Below are positions 51,001 to 61,334 of a DNA stretch of 64,000 bases, in pieces; position 1 is the first letter of the stretch; each line of letters opens with the position of its first letter. Position numbers and translations under genes: made by a program. The notes below the pieces were generated by a model. It was not told where the DNA came from. It saw only the letters and a program-made list of their open reading frames with translations, and searched no databases. The stretch is from Amphiscolops sp. MND2022 (lineage: Eukaryota), in the NCBI GenBank assembly GCA_964187785.1, contig OZ076409.1, positions 44,518,001 through 44,582,000 of the forward strand, in the 5' to 3' direction.

Positions 51001-52524
51001 CAATTTTTTCGTCTTGATGAAACAATCATCTTGGTTGATATCAAATCCATTTGTTTGCTGTTGTAATGATGACTTTTGTCTCAAAATGGATTCAATATCA
51101 AAAGTAATAAAAGACTTGTAGAATCTATGCTCATGCGGAACACAGACATCAAACACGGTCTCTAGCGTCGTGAAAAAAGTGTCAGTGGGCGTGTATTTCC
51201 CACCTGGATAGGAATGATCTGACTTTTCCGAGAATGACTTTAGATGGCGATTCAACTCAAACAGTCGTGAAAAGTACTGTTCACACTTGAAGCACTTGAA
51301 TCGTCGAAAAAATACATTTAAATTTCGGATTAGACAAGTGTGATTATCGACTAGAAGCAGATCAACAAAATTGGATTGCATATCCATTTCCAATGTTTTA
51401 CTTCGGTATAACAATTCACCTTGTACTACATTATTTACATCAAGCTCAGCTGAAAACACTCGGATGGCGCAAGAACAAAACTTTTCAACGTCTGGCAGGT
51501 CCGTCAGCTCGATACCGGCAAAATCTTGAACGTTCTTTTGCACTCCGCGAATGTACTTTTGAAAAAGTTCCATTGTTTTAGATTCCAACCCATGCATAGA
51601 ATTTTGTTGAAAGGCAGCCAAGGCACGAAATACGCAAAGATTATCATTAAACTTTCGTTTCGTAGATCTGCTCTGGGTAAGTGTCCAAACACTCCTTGCG
51701 AATTTGATGAAATCCGGAATATCTATTACATCTTGATCGGTGCTGCCCATTGGCAGGCGTGACAAGTGTGTGGCATGTAGAGAGACGTTGGTTAAACAGA
51801 AGAAAGTCCATTTTGTGCTGTCGCGAAAGTTTGTAAATTTTTCAATGAAGTCAGTGCTGAAAATGTCTTGTTTTAACAGTTTGAAGTGTTCAAAGTTTTC
51901 TACAAGCTTTGGTTTGGGTAAGACCGTTGTATTGTCACTTGAGTAGTAGTACCGATATTCGCCTGTTTCGTTGTTTGAGAGAATGTATCCAAAACTGACA
52001 TTCATTTTGGATACCCTAGTTATTTTTGCAAAAGCTTCATCGAGTACATTACAAATATTATCAATCCCTTCATCCTTCAAAAGAAAATTGACAGTTGTTT
52101 GGTGGGGTAGCAAAACAATTTGATCCCCCATAATGTGTCTCTTTCTACGAACAAGTTCTTTCAGTGATTCATCATCGCCAAATTGGGCATCGTTCAGTTG
52201 AGAATTTGGTGATTTTAACATTTCATGTTCGGTATGTGTATGCTGTTGCAACTTGAGCATTGTTGCAAAGGTTGAATCACAGTAGCCGCATTTGAAGTTT
52301 TTCTTTTTCAAATGCTTCAGAGATTTATGAGTGTTGAGGTCTTGGCTACTTTTTGCAATATATTTGCACTGTCCGCAGTGTAAATCATCCTTGTCGTGGG
52401 TCTTTTCATGTCGGTTTCGGTTGTATTTGCGCGAAAACTCTTTTCCACATTTACTACAAACAAAAGTTACAAGGGATTGCTGAGAAGTTGAAGGAGTTGC
52501 TGTTGCGCCGTCAGACGACTGCAT
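48009..52524 (-). pseudogene. polB: Protein-primed family B DNA polymerase with N-terminal C2H2 fingers, OTU-like region and Vsr-like nuclease insertion; disrupted
   Basis: Exo I FDIES, Exo II GFNSGFYD, Exo III YNNLDV, GYDANALY, KLIGNSAYG, MDTDS; WEFMGCYHHAH...QWECQW; lesions: frameshift ~50530, 50-bp palindromic insertion ~48685-48735, stop at 48228; probable intron 49469-49546. Confidence 0.93.
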
Positions 52525-52525
52525 C

Positions 52526-53133
52526 GTGATGAATAGAGAGCAGCAGCAGCAGCACTTGCCGTCGTTCTTTCGGGAGAAATTCAATCTAAACAAGTGTCTG
52601 TTTGTTACTACAAATTCAAATAATTTTCAAAGTTTTCTGGTAACTCCTGAATTTGCTGTGGCTAAACATCAGACAAACAAGTTTTGTAACAAAAATAAGC
52701 AGTGCAAATATCACATCATGCTTTATGGTTTTGACAATATACAAAACAAGTTGATGCATCTGAATTATGATTTTGAAAATGTAAATGTCCCTACAGTTAT
52801 TTCAAATTCTTTATTATTCTTTCGGAAAAAGTTGTTTGTATTCATGGAAACTTCCTGATGGAACCTTTGTTATTGGCTACCAGACACAATCGTATAAATG
52901 GAAGCAAAGAATGTGTCACGAGTCTACTTTGGAGACGGATTGGTCGGAAAAAAAGGAGACGACACTCGCCAGCAACAACCAACAGAGGGCCACAACACAC
53001 TATAGCGTCGCTGATGAATATTGTTCAAATGCAGATTGTTGTCGCGACTCGTCTATTGGAAATTTTGCAACAACATTCTTCATCTGAAATTTCCACAACC
53101 ACCACAAATGACATCAGCACAATAACGGAGTAA
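52526..53133 (+). CDS. Hypothetical Polinton ORF pair (52526..52858 and 52858..53133), head-to-head with polB
   Basis: Two ATG ORFs coupled by a TGATG overlap; no recognisable motif. Confidence 0.35.
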
Positions 53134-53246
53134 TTTTCCTTTGCAAGCTTACCTTGCAACATCAAATCATTACTTTTGTTCACTACCTACAGTTCAGTTG
53201 TTATTTGCTGATTCAAAAAATTTTGACAAAATAAAAAATTTTCATC

Positions 53247-53882
53247 ATGTCATCAACTGCTGTCATCAACCCTGTTGATTGTAAAGTGTTGAAATGTTTT
53301 AAAGTTGAAGTTAGTACAAAACGTTACCTTTTAATTACAGTTAAAAGCTATCCGTCTTCTTCAGAAAGCTATACAAGTATTCAACTTTTCAAGTTAGATG
53401 AAGAGACCAAGGAATACACACCACAAAAGTATTTGACTCTCAAGTTTCAAGAATTAAACAAAATTCCTTGGGACGACGTTTACACCAACGTTGTCAATGT
53501 CTTCGACTTTTCACTAGACGTTCGCATGCCCTACCACAAGAATGATATGGACTATTTTGACTTCATCTTTGATGTTCAAGACTTTATCTCAAACAAATCG
53601 AGAGTCGTCAGAGTAGCTTCCAAGCGTTATCCTCAAGCAACCTACTTGTACTTAAAACTCTTTATTCAACATCAAAAGCGCTGGAAAATGCAACAAACAA
53701 TAGACATTTCTTGGATGGAGCTATCTCATTTATTGAGTGTTGTCAAAGAGATTCAGAGCTACCCAAATGGAATACCTAAAGAAGGAAGTCCAATCACAGA
53801 GACTGGCTTATTTCGTCCAATCGCAACATTGACTAACCCAGAAATCAGCAGCAGCAGCAGCGTCAGTAGCAATAACCATTAA
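53247..53882 (+). CDS. Protein with two PC4-like (ssDNA-binding) repeats
   Basis: Two internally similar segments (KRYLLITVKSY...IQLFK...LTLKFQELNKI and RVVRVASKRY...LKLF...IDISWMELSHL) resembling the PC4 pattern. Confidence 0.55.
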   Translation: MSSTAVINPVDCKVLKCFKVEVSTKRYLLITVKSYPSSSESYTSIQLFKLDEETKEYTPQKYLTLKFQELNKIPWDDVYTNVVNVFDFSLDVRMPYHKNDMDYFDFIFDVQDFISNKSRVVRVASKRYPQATYLYLKLFIQHQKRWKMQQTIDISWMELSHLLSVVKEIQSYPNGIPKEGSPITETGLFRPIATLTNPEISSSSSVSSNNH

Positions 53883-53942
53883 CAAATTTTTTGAGTGCTT
53901 CATTACCTCTCTTACTCCTACAGAATTTAGTTGCTTGCTAGC

Positions 53943-54557
53943 ATGATGGCTGATTTCAACTACATTATTACGTTTGTTTTGGATGTGGAGTTTTTAGAAG
54001 TTGACGTTGTTAAAGAAATTAGTGTAACCACACCGTACCACTCTGTATCTTTATCATTCAAACCTCCCAGACCATGGAAAGATCTAACCCGTGAAGAACA
54101 ACTGGAATACAACAACAATAACAACACTCTCAATGTTCCGTGGGATGAAGGCGCTATTGACTATAAGGAACTGAGGAACGCTGTATACACCCTCATTCCA
54201 CCAGGAGTCATGAAGTATGCAAAAGGAGTGCAAAAGTGTGACTTTTTCTCTCGTTTTTTCCATTTCAAAATTCACAATTTGGAAGACATGGGCTGCCCTG
54301 ACGCCTCTGCAATCCAATATTTGATAAATAAGATTATTAAGGAGAACAACGACAACGACGACAACGACGACAAGGAGAACAGGCCGTTGTGTCCCAATTT
54401 TCCCAAATATCCCAATCATTATGAAAAATGTGCAGCCATCAATAGTAAGCTTTATCTCAAGTGGTTAGCCAATAAAATTAAAGAAGATCCTGCTGCTGCG
54501 GAAATGGCGCGAAAGACTTCCCCGCTGCGCAACGATGCAGCACTCATACTTATGTAA
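53943..54557 (+). CDS. DEDD-family 3'-5' exonuclease-like protein common in Polintons
   Basis: VLDVEF..VKEIS, FKPP, W..G..DY, AKG..K, NLEDMGCP, C...H...CA. Confidence 0.65.
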   Translation: MMADFNYIITFVLDVEFLEVDVVKEISVTTPYHSVSLSFKPPRPWKDLTREEQLEYNNNNNTLNVPWDEGAIDYKELRNAVYTLIPPGVMKYAKGVQKCDFFSRFFHFKIHNLEDMGCPDASAIQYLINKIIKENNDNDDNDDKENRPLCPNFPKYPNHYEKCAAINSKLYLKWLANKIKEDPAAAEMARKTSPLRNDAALILM

Positions 54558-54586
54558 TTATCATCATCATTTGTTAAATTTGCAGC

Positions 54587-54850
54587 ATGACTGATCAGCC
54601 GGACCTTGCAGTGCAAGAATTCGTTTTTGATGAGAATAACCAAGAACGCAAGCCTTGGACACTTTGCGGCAAGCCTATTCCACGGTCCGAAATTGTCTTT
54701 TTCAGTCAATTACTTGTCATTCTTATGGTTATCTCATTTTGTATTTTCAAACTTTCTGTATCATCTTCAAACGATAAAGACAAGCCGGTTTGGATTGCCT
54801 TGCTGGCCAGTGCACTGGGATCTATTCTACCCAATCCGACACTGAAATGA
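54587..54850 (+). CDS. Small two-transmembrane Polinton protein
   Basis: Two hydrophobic helices (IVFFSQLLVILMVISFCIFKL; WIALLASALGSILPNP); its stop overlaps the ATPase ATG (ATGA). Confidence 0.7.
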   Translation: MTDQPDLAVQEFVFDENNQERKPWTLCGKPIPRSEIVFFSQLLVILMVISFCIFKLSVSSSNDKDKPVWIALLASALGSILPNPTLK

Positions 54851-55581
54851 ACAAGGTCATTCCCACTGACAACCATGTGTTTATGTCTCTTGTTGGTCCA
54901 TCCGGCTCTGGAAAGACTACTCTTTTGTATAAACTTTTAACCTTGCCAGTGTTTCAACCAAGGTACCAATCTGTAATTTTTTTCTATCAACATTATCAAG
55001 AAGCGTACGAAAAATTGAAGCGAGATGTTGAAGAAATTGAATTCATACAAGGACTAGACTTTGATTTGATCAATCAATCATTTACACATGACGGAAAAAA
55101 ACGCTTGCTAATTTTCGATGACTTTTCAGAGGAACTTTTAAAATCTAAAGATTTCACTCGGATTGCTACCGCTGGTAGACACTTGGGCTTGCATGTTTTG
55201 TATATTAAGCATAATTTATTTCATAAATCACCCATTGGAAGAGACGTAGAGTTGCAGTTGACTCATATTGTGCTTTTTCAATCTCCCCGTGACATTAATC
55301 AAATTGAACGACTTGGGCAACAGTTGGGCAAGCAGAAATTTTTACCTCTATGCTATAAGGATGCCACATCCAAACCTTTTGGATTTCTCATGATTGATCT
55401 GTCACCCAAAACATTGGATCTTTTACGATTTTGTACAAATTTGGAGCCAACAGTTTTCTATATACCCAGTGAAAAGGCCCGCATTACAGAGATTGACGAT
55501 GACTACACAAGAAGTTATTACGCTGCAGCATTTCAAGAGTCTTTCACTGGCCGACCGGTTGGACATGTTGAAAAGATGTGA
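54847..55581 (+). CDS. FtsK/HerA (A32-like) genome-packaging ATPase
   Basis: Walker A GPSGSGKT, Walker B LLIFDD, AGRH motif, KPFGFLMIDL. Confidence 0.93.
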   Translation: MNKVIPTDNHVFMSLVGPSGSGKTTLLYKLLTLPVFQPRYQSVIFFYQHYQEAYEKLKRDVEEIEFIQGLDFDLINQSFTHDGKKRLLIFDDFSEELLKSKDFTRIATAGRHLGLHVLYIKHNLFHKSPIGRDVELQLTHIVLFQSPRDINQIERLGQQLGKQKFLPLCYKDATSKPFGFLMIDLSPKTLDLLRFCTNLEPTVFYIPSEKARITEIDDDYTRSYYAAAFQESFTGRPVGHVEKM

Positions 55582-55804
55582 GGACAATTTCATTGAGTTT
55601 CTGGCCGAATCAGTTGTAAACATTTTGCAAGGTGTAGTGCCCGGAATCAGGCGGAAAGACATTGAAAAGTTCAAGCCACAAATTGTGCGAATCATTTCGA
55701 CCAAAGCAACTCTTGCGGAACAGCGGGCCATATTCACTTCCCGAAAGGGGCTCTTGTTGCTAGATGTTATTATCGAGCATGTTATTCAATACTTTTTAAG
55801 TTAG
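55499..55804 (+). CDS. Conserved small Polinton protein downstream of the ATPase
   Basis: FIEFLAESVVNILQGVVP...QRAIFTSRKGLLLL resembles the ECxxNxLxGxVP...KG-type ORF typically next to Polinton ATPases. Confidence 0.6.
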   Translation: MTTQEVITLQHFKSLSLADRLDMLKRCEDNFIEFLAESVVNILQGVVPGIRRKDIEKFKPQIVRIISTKATLAEQRAIFTSRKGLLLLDVIIEHVIQYFLS

Positions 55805-55809
55805 TAGTA

Positions 55810-56519
55810 ATGGAATTGAAAAAATTTGTATTGATACCTTTTTCACAGTACAAGAGTCAATTGGCATCGAGTAGGCCTGTCAGCACAGTATTGTACGATT
55901 CAAAATTGACCAATGAGGAAAAGACTAAAATTTTGCCTACATTGGACAGAAAAAAAGGAGAGCTGCTGCTGTTGTAAGCACGCCTACCACCACGGTCACT
56001 GCTAGCACCGTACCTGCAAGTAGTAGTAGTAGTAGTACAACAAAGACTATTGATCGTCAAAAGGAGGCAATTTTGTTGGATGTGGGTGGAAGCGAAACTA
56101 CTCAAAGACGTAGCGCTTCGTTGTACGACAAAATTTTGTCTAACCCAAAAATAGAATTGACAAGTGAAGGTACAATTAAGCTGGAAAATTCCGACACAGA
56201 CATTCCTCTCAGCACATTTTTATATAGATTACAGAACCCTTTTCCAAAAAGTAGTCCAGTAACACGACAGTTTTTGGACATTGTTGAAAATGTGAAAATC
56301 CCCGAACACTTGATTGCAAATCAGTCTCTGTTGAAACATCAAAGAAGTAGACAAAATAAAGCTCCTCCTCTCGTCGGCTCGGACGACGACGCCGACGATG
56401 ACGAAGAGGACTTTGAAAGCGTCGACGAAGGTGCAGGTAGCAGCAGCAGGGCAACAAGCGGCAAAGAAAAGAAAGGAAAAGAATGGTATTCAGTCAAGGG
56501 CGAAAAGAAACAATTTTGA
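55810..56519 (+). pseudogene. Polinton hypothetical protein, apparently frameshifted
   Basis: MELKKFVLIP... ORF stops near 55977; the downstream frame 56073..56519 continues (IELTSEGTIKL, acidic tail). Confidence 0.5.
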
Positions 56520-57447
56520 AAAAGACAGAGAAAAAAGATTGTTGGAGAAAGCTTGGAAGAGTGGTTTCTCAGCATATGGATCGCGTCAGAATTTGCAAAA
56601 AGCTACAAAATTGTCCGTGAAAAAAGTTGATGCCTTTTTGCAAGGTAAAAACTCCTACACAAAATTTTTCATTCCCCAGCGTAGATCCTATTCCCGATTG
56701 ACGACACTTGCTTTCGACATTAACGACATTTGGTGCATGGACGTTGCTTACGTCGATAAAATTGCCATGCCAAATGATGGTGTAAAATTTTTACTAGTCT
56801 GTGTAGATGTCTTGTCACGCTACTTGAGAGTGGAACCACTGAAGCGCCTGACATCTGTTGCTGTGAAAGATGGTCTAGTTGCCATGTTAAATAAATGCCC
56901 GACAGTACATCCCAACAAAATTTGGACCGATCAAGGTCGAGAGTTTGAGGGAGAATTTCGCAACTTTTGCAAAACTGTTGGAATACACCAATATAATTCG
57001 TTCAGCGGTACAAAAGCAGCGTTTGCTGAGCGAGCCATTAGAGCCTTGAAGGCCCAAATTGTTCGGTATCTCGAAGAGGAGTGGATGTGGCGCTATATTG
57101 ACAAGTTGCCAGACTTTGTAAAAACTCTCAATGATCGTGTGAATCGATCAATTGGTATGGCACCGTCAAAAGTTGAGAAAAAACATGTGCTCAAACTTAT
57201 CGCACTCAAACAAAGGTCTGCAGTGATGAAAGAAAAAAAGGCCAAGTACAAGTTGGGCGACATTGTACGCATTGCTTCAAAGAATGTACCCTTTAGAAAA
57301 GGATATCTACAACAGTTTACAAATGAAATTTTTTCCATTTCTACAGTATTCTCCACTCACCCACCCTCTTACATTTTGCGCGATGAAAAAGGCCAAGAAA
57401 TTCAGGGCAAATTTTACGAAGCTGAGATTATTAAAGTACTTAAGTGA
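56398..57447 (+). CDS. int: Retroviral-like (rve, c-INT) integrase of the Polinton
   Basis: DDE triad: WCMD, WTDQGREF, AERAIRALK; C-terminal GDIVRI..FRKGY..FTNEIF..GKFYEAE; true start may be downstream of 56398. Confidence 0.95.
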   Translation: MTKRTLKASTKVQVAAAGQQAAKKRKEKNGIQSRAKRNNFEKDREKRLLEKAWKSGFSAYGSRQNLQKATKLSVKKVDAFLQGKNSYTKFFIPQRRSYSRLTTLAFDINDIWCMDVAYVDKIAMPNDGVKFLLVCVDVLSRYLRVEPLKRLTSVAVKDGLVAMLNKCPTVHPNKIWTDQGREFEGEFRNFCKTVGIHQYNSFSGTKAAFAERAIRALKAQIVRYLEEEWMWRYIDKLPDFVKTLNDRVNRSIGMAPSKVEKKHVLKLIALKQRSAVMKEKKAKYKLGDIVRIASKNVPFRKGYLQQFTNEIFSISTVFSTHPPSYILRDEKGQEIQGKFYEAEIIKVLK

Positions 57448-57489
57448 AAAAAATACATTTCACAAATCATTTTTCAGCTTTAATCGACA

Positions 57490-57933
57490 ATGAGTGGTTC
57501 ATTCCACAAACAAAACCCATTAAACAATTATTACCGTGGTCCCGTTAGACAAAGAGGAAGTGGCATTGGGTCTTTAGCACTCAAAGTTGCACGTCATGCA
57601 CTACCACTTTTGTCCAAGTACGTTTTGCCCTCTGCCAAAAGAGTGGGAAAAGATTTTGCTTTGAATTTGTTGCCCGAAGTATTTGATGTTGTCACTGGTC
57701 GTGGTGGTGAACCAGCAACATCTTCAAGCATTAAAAAGGCAGTAAAGCGTGCAGCGGGAAAAACAGTAAAGAAACAATTGGGCACTGGTGCAGCAAAAAA
57801 AGAAGAGACGACAACAGTCAGTTGGAAAGAGTTCCAAGACCAAAAACAGTCGCACAGCAAAAAAGGGCCGCAAAAAAACATCAGGAGGCAAAACAACAAC
57901 AACGAAAAAAACTCAAAAACGCAAAAAGATTGA
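57490..57933 (+). CDS. Basic, core-protein-like (pVII/pX-like) virion protein
   Basis: YYRGPVRQRGSGIGS motif with Gly-rich adenain-type cleavage sites; Lys-rich; immediately upstream of MCP. Confidence 0.65.
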   Translation: MSGSFHKQNPLNNYYRGPVRQRGSGIGSLALKVARHALPLLSKYVLPSAKRVGKDFALNLLPEVFDVVTGRGGEPATSSSIKKAVKRAAGKTVKKQLGTGAAKKEETTTVSWKEFQDQKQSHSKKGPQKNIRRQNNNNEKNSKTQKD

Positions 57934-57990
57934 CATTTTTCAAAACTTGCCTTGACGGTCAATAACATTCGTAATATTATTCTCAAAACA

Positions 57991-59289
57991 ATGACGACGA
58001 CGGCGGCGCATATAATACCTAAACCGGCAACCCACTCTAGTCTGGACATTTTTTCTAAGCCAGAAGTGCTTGTGTCTTTTGACAATTCGTTTGAACAAGG
58101 AACGTTGCCAGTCACTGCACACGATGCACCAGTTTTTGAGTTTGTACTCACAACCGATCGAAACATTTACTTGGATTTGCAAAGCGTCGAATTGAAGTTG
58201 GAGGCAAAAATTGGAAAGGGTGCCAATGGCAATACTAATTTGGAGACGGAGTTGGCTGGAGGCAACACTGTAGCTAAAGCAACCGACAAAGTCAGCTTCA
58301 TCAACAACACTCTACACTCCTTTTTTTCCAATTGTGACATTTTAATCAACAATGAAATTGTACACACGTCCAACAATTTGTATGCACAGAGAGCTTTTGT
58401 TGAAACTGAACTGTCCCACACACAGGGCTGTGCCACAACAAAGCTCATTACACAAGGCTACAACTTTGAGCCCGCCACCGGTGATATGCTTGCCCACCGA
58501 GAAACATGGACCTTAGGCTCCGCTTCAAAGACATTTTATGGAAAACTGGCGGTGGATTTCCTGGCATGTGATCAACTTCTCATTCCCAATTGTTCTATGC
58601 GAATTCGACTGACACGGAACAAGCCCGAATACTTGCTGCAAAGTGCTGTCACCAACCCTGCCTTCACCCCAAAAATTGAACGAGTGTCAATTTTTGCTCG
58701 TTACTACACTGTTGCAGAAAACTATCACGTCAATTTACAACGATCTCTACTCAAGTGGCCTGCTAGATACAACTATTTTGAAGTACGCAGCAAGACATTT
58801 GTGATTCCAAAGGACCAAAGTCATTTCATTCGTGAAGATATTTTCAATGCAGAACCCATTAGACGCATGGTACTGGCCATGTGTCCCAACAATCAGTTTA
58901 CTGGACGTTGGACAGACACTCCGCTCGCATTCCACAAACACAATTTGAAGAAAGTACGAGTATTGCGGAATGGTGTACCAGTGGTGGAATATAGCACAAG
59001 TTCCAACACTCAACTGTACTTTAAGACTATTCAAAACCTCCATTTTGATCAAGACGGTCCCCTAATCAAGTTGGACAATTATGAAAATCACTACTATCTA
59101 GTTTTCGACCTTACCTCCACACTAAAGTGCAATCAAGAAATTTACTACCCCGAAATTGTGGGAGCACCAATACGGGTCGAGCTCGAATTTTCGGCCAACA
59201 CTAGCACGCCTTTGGAGCTGTTTGTGCTGGGAGAACGATTTACAACAGTTCAAATTGATCATACAGGCAAAGTGTTGAAACATGGATAG
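57991..59289 (+). CDS. Major capsid protein (double jelly-roll, PY/hexon-like)
   Basis: ~432-aa beta-rich ORF with SSLDIF, YLDL, NNTLHSFFS..DI.IN, LYAQRAF.ET.L, LLIPN..RIRL, VFDLT; located between core protein and protease. Confidence 0.88.
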   Translation: MTTTAAHIIPKPATHSSLDIFSKPEVLVSFDNSFEQGTLPVTAHDAPVFEFVLTTDRNIYLDLQSVELKLEAKIGKGANGNTNLETELAGGNTVAKATDKVSFINNTLHSFFSNCDILINNEIVHTSNNLYAQRAFVETELSHTQGCATTKLITQGYNFEPATGDMLAHRETWTLGSASKTFYGKLAVDFLACDQLLIPNCSMRIRLTRNKPEYLLQSAVTNPAFTPKIERVSIFARYYTVAENYHVNLQRSLLKWPARYNYFEVRSKTFVIPKDQSHFIREDIFNAEPIRRMVLAMCPNNQFTGRWTDTPLAFHKHNLKKVRVLRNGVPVVEYSTSSNTQLYFKTIQNLHFDQDGPLIKLDNYENHYYLVFDLTSTLKCNQEIYYPEIVGAPIRVELEFSANTSTPLELFVLGERFTTVQIDHTGKVLKHG

Positions 59290-59710
59290 TGCAGCATTGC
59301 TACAAGTTATTTCCAAAATTCCCGCACTAAAATATCGATACTTGGGTTGCTTCGACCCCAATACTTTCATTTTCCCAATGCCAATAGACACTTTTCAAAT
59401 TGTAAACACCACTACAGACGTTGAGGGACATTGGATAACGTTGATTCGCTTATCCAACGGTTTTCACTATTTTGGAGATTCCCTGAAAGCAACAAGCTTG
59501 AATCAGTACCCAATGTTGTTTACCCGACTGCCACCACCGCCAGAACAGAAAAAGACAACAACATTATTTCTACCTTTGAACACTTCAATAAAGCAGGTCG
59601 ATTCCTTGTGTGGTCTCTATTGTATTTATTTTGCATGGAACTTGTTTGATAATACACCTAAAGTAACGAATGATTTTGAATTGTATCAATTGTTTTGTAA
59701 TCTTTTATAG
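59282..59710 (+). CDS. Adenain-like cysteine maturation protease
   Basis: IVNT...GHW, YFGDS, Q..SLCGLYC (H-D-Q-C catalytic set). Confidence 0.9.
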   Translation: MDSAALLQVISKIPALKYRYLGCFDPNTFIFPMPIDTFQIVNTTTDVEGHWITLIRLSNGFHYFGDSLKATSLNQYPMLFTRLPPPPEQKKTTTLFLPLNTSIKQVDSLCGLYCIYFAWNLFDNTPKVTNDFELYQLFCNLL

Positions 59711-59745
59711 AAAAAAAATGTTTGTAAAGAAAGTTTTTTTTTCAA

Positions 59746-60642
59746 TCAGTAATTGCAGACACATGTTTTTTTACGAAAATGTAAATTTAAAACTACAAGA
59801 CCCAAACTGGTAAAGGGAATTAATTTTCCCTTCATATCTCGAATCTCAATCTGTATACTATTGAAATTATCCAAACAAACATTTCGATACTGCAAATTGG
59901 AAAAGGATCGGTTGTCGTAAGGGTATATGACAATCAAATCCTCATTTTTAGTTCGTTGACGAAATGTGAAGGCACGTAAAAGTTGGTTCTTCACATTGCC
60001 CACGTTACTAAAGTCTACAATATCACTGTATACAAAAATTGTGTGAAAACGTGCGATATCACAAGGGTAGGGAGCAATGATTTGGTCGGCCTCACAGTAC
60101 ACAGCATCCGTTCCCAATCCCAAAATTTGAGCCAAGTCATCACTTTGAATTTTGAAGTATACACGGCTCTGTCCTTCTGTAGTTCCTTCAAACGTGAATG
60201 AAAGGTTCAAAGTTTCCTCGTTGTAAGCAAAGGTCATTGTCCTCTCCATGTTTGTAAAAGTAGCAATTTGAGTATTCATTGCGTCAATAATTTGACCAAT
60301 TTCTGTGTAACAACCCTTTGGAATGTTAAAAGTACGATATTGATTCAAAAAGGGCACATCTGGATAACTATTTATAAGTTCCTTGCTGACAGTATCAGGT
60401 TTGTTTACAACAACACGATATCGTTGAAGAGTCGGTGTAGGAATATAGCCTAGCGTGAATTCACCGTCGGTGACATTGTATACTCGGTTTGGGAACGAAA
60501 TGTCTGTCAGTGCAACTTCCCATTCACTACCTCTGCCCAAATTGATTGGATTTGACATAAAGTTTGAAAAAAATGCCAGAGTATTATTTGGATAAATGTC
60601 CAAACTTGCATTAGACAATAGATCAATGTAAAAGGAAGTCAT
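59746..60642 (-). CDS. Minor capsid protein (single jelly-roll, PX/penton-like)
   Basis: FYIDLLSNAS...YPNNT..F.N....PINL...WEVAL..I; VYSDIV...VGN....LLR; I.IEIRD..G..IPF..G.V...LHFRK. Confidence 0.88.
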   Translation of the reverse strand: MTSFYIDLLSNASLDIYPNNTLAFFSNFMSNPINLGRGSEWEVALTDISFPNRVYNVTDGEFTLGYIPTPTLQRYRVVVNKPDTVSKELINSYPDVPFLNQYRTFNIPKGCYTEIGQIIDAMNTQIATFTNMERTMTFAYNEETLNLSFTFEGTTEGQSRVYFKIQSDDLAQILGLGTDAVYCEADQIIAPYPCDIARFHTIFVYSDIVDFSNVGNVKNQLLRAFTFRQRTKNEDLIVIYPYDNRSFSNLQYRNVCLDNFNSIQIEIRDMKGKLIPFTSLGLVVLNLHFRKKTCVCNY

Positions 60643-60701
60643 TGTTTTAGGGAACTGTATAGGAAACACAGAATTTGATTGAATGAGAGTCAATCACTCA
60701 T

Positions 60702-61334
60702 TCATTCATCTTCACTGCTGCTGCTGGAGCCAATCATCAGCTTTACCCTCTTTAGTTTTTTCTTTTTCGGTTGGCGAGAACATTTTTCGTCGTCGACATC
60801 CGCCGAAGTTTCTGCGTTGCTATCTGTATTATCGGATATCGACCAATAAGATCGTAAGGATTCTTCGTATTCTTGTGTTCCCAATTGATTCTCCGTAATG
60901 GGCACTAGTGTGTTTTCCAAACGATTGAACTCTCTTCTCAATTCCAGACTCAAACAACCTGGATGTGTGCATTCCATTTCTTTCCAGTCATACGTTTCCA
61001 ACAACATCAAATCAACAGAGTATTGACGGGGCAGTTGCGGCGGACTAGGAGCTGTCAAGTCAAAAACACTTTGGTCGTCAGTGTCACTTTCTCCTTGCTC
61101 GTCGTCGTCGTCGTCGTCGTTCGATCTGAGCATTTTTTTTGCCGTATCAACTGTAACTTGAGCACTAATTAAGTGCAATAAATGAACCGGTAGGAGAAAA
61201 GACTCAACAATTTTCCATTCATCATTTGTTGCTGAGTTTTTCACTTCCTTTATTAGGATTGCCGACGCTCCGAAATGTGTCTTGTAGGCAAATATACGTT
61301 CGACGTCATTACGTTGTGTGAATATGTAAATCAT
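60702..61334 (-). CDS. Hypothetical acidic Polinton protein with NLS-like PKKKKLK
   Basis: ~210-aa open frame directly upstream of the minor capsid gene on the same strand. Confidence 0.55.
   Translation of the reverse strand: MIYIFTQRNDVERIFAYKTHFGASAILIKEVKNSATNDEWKIVESFLLPVHLLHLISAQVTVDTAKKMLRSNDDDDDDEQGESDTDDQSVFDLTAPSPPQLPRQYSVDLMLLETYDWKEMECTHPGCLSLELRREFNRLENTLVPITENQLGTQEYEESLRSYWSISDNTDSNAETSADVDDEKCSRQPKKKKLKRVKLMIGSSSSSEDE

Noticed and set aside
52526..52858. HUH endonuclease/Rep-like motif in the ORF opposite polB
   Set aside because: Only one His in KYHIM and no convincing catalytic Tyr motif; the evidence is insufficient.
57594..59391. Minus-strand ORFs overlapping the capsid region (57594..58166 and others)
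   Set aside because: Antisense shadows of well-supported plus-strand genes.
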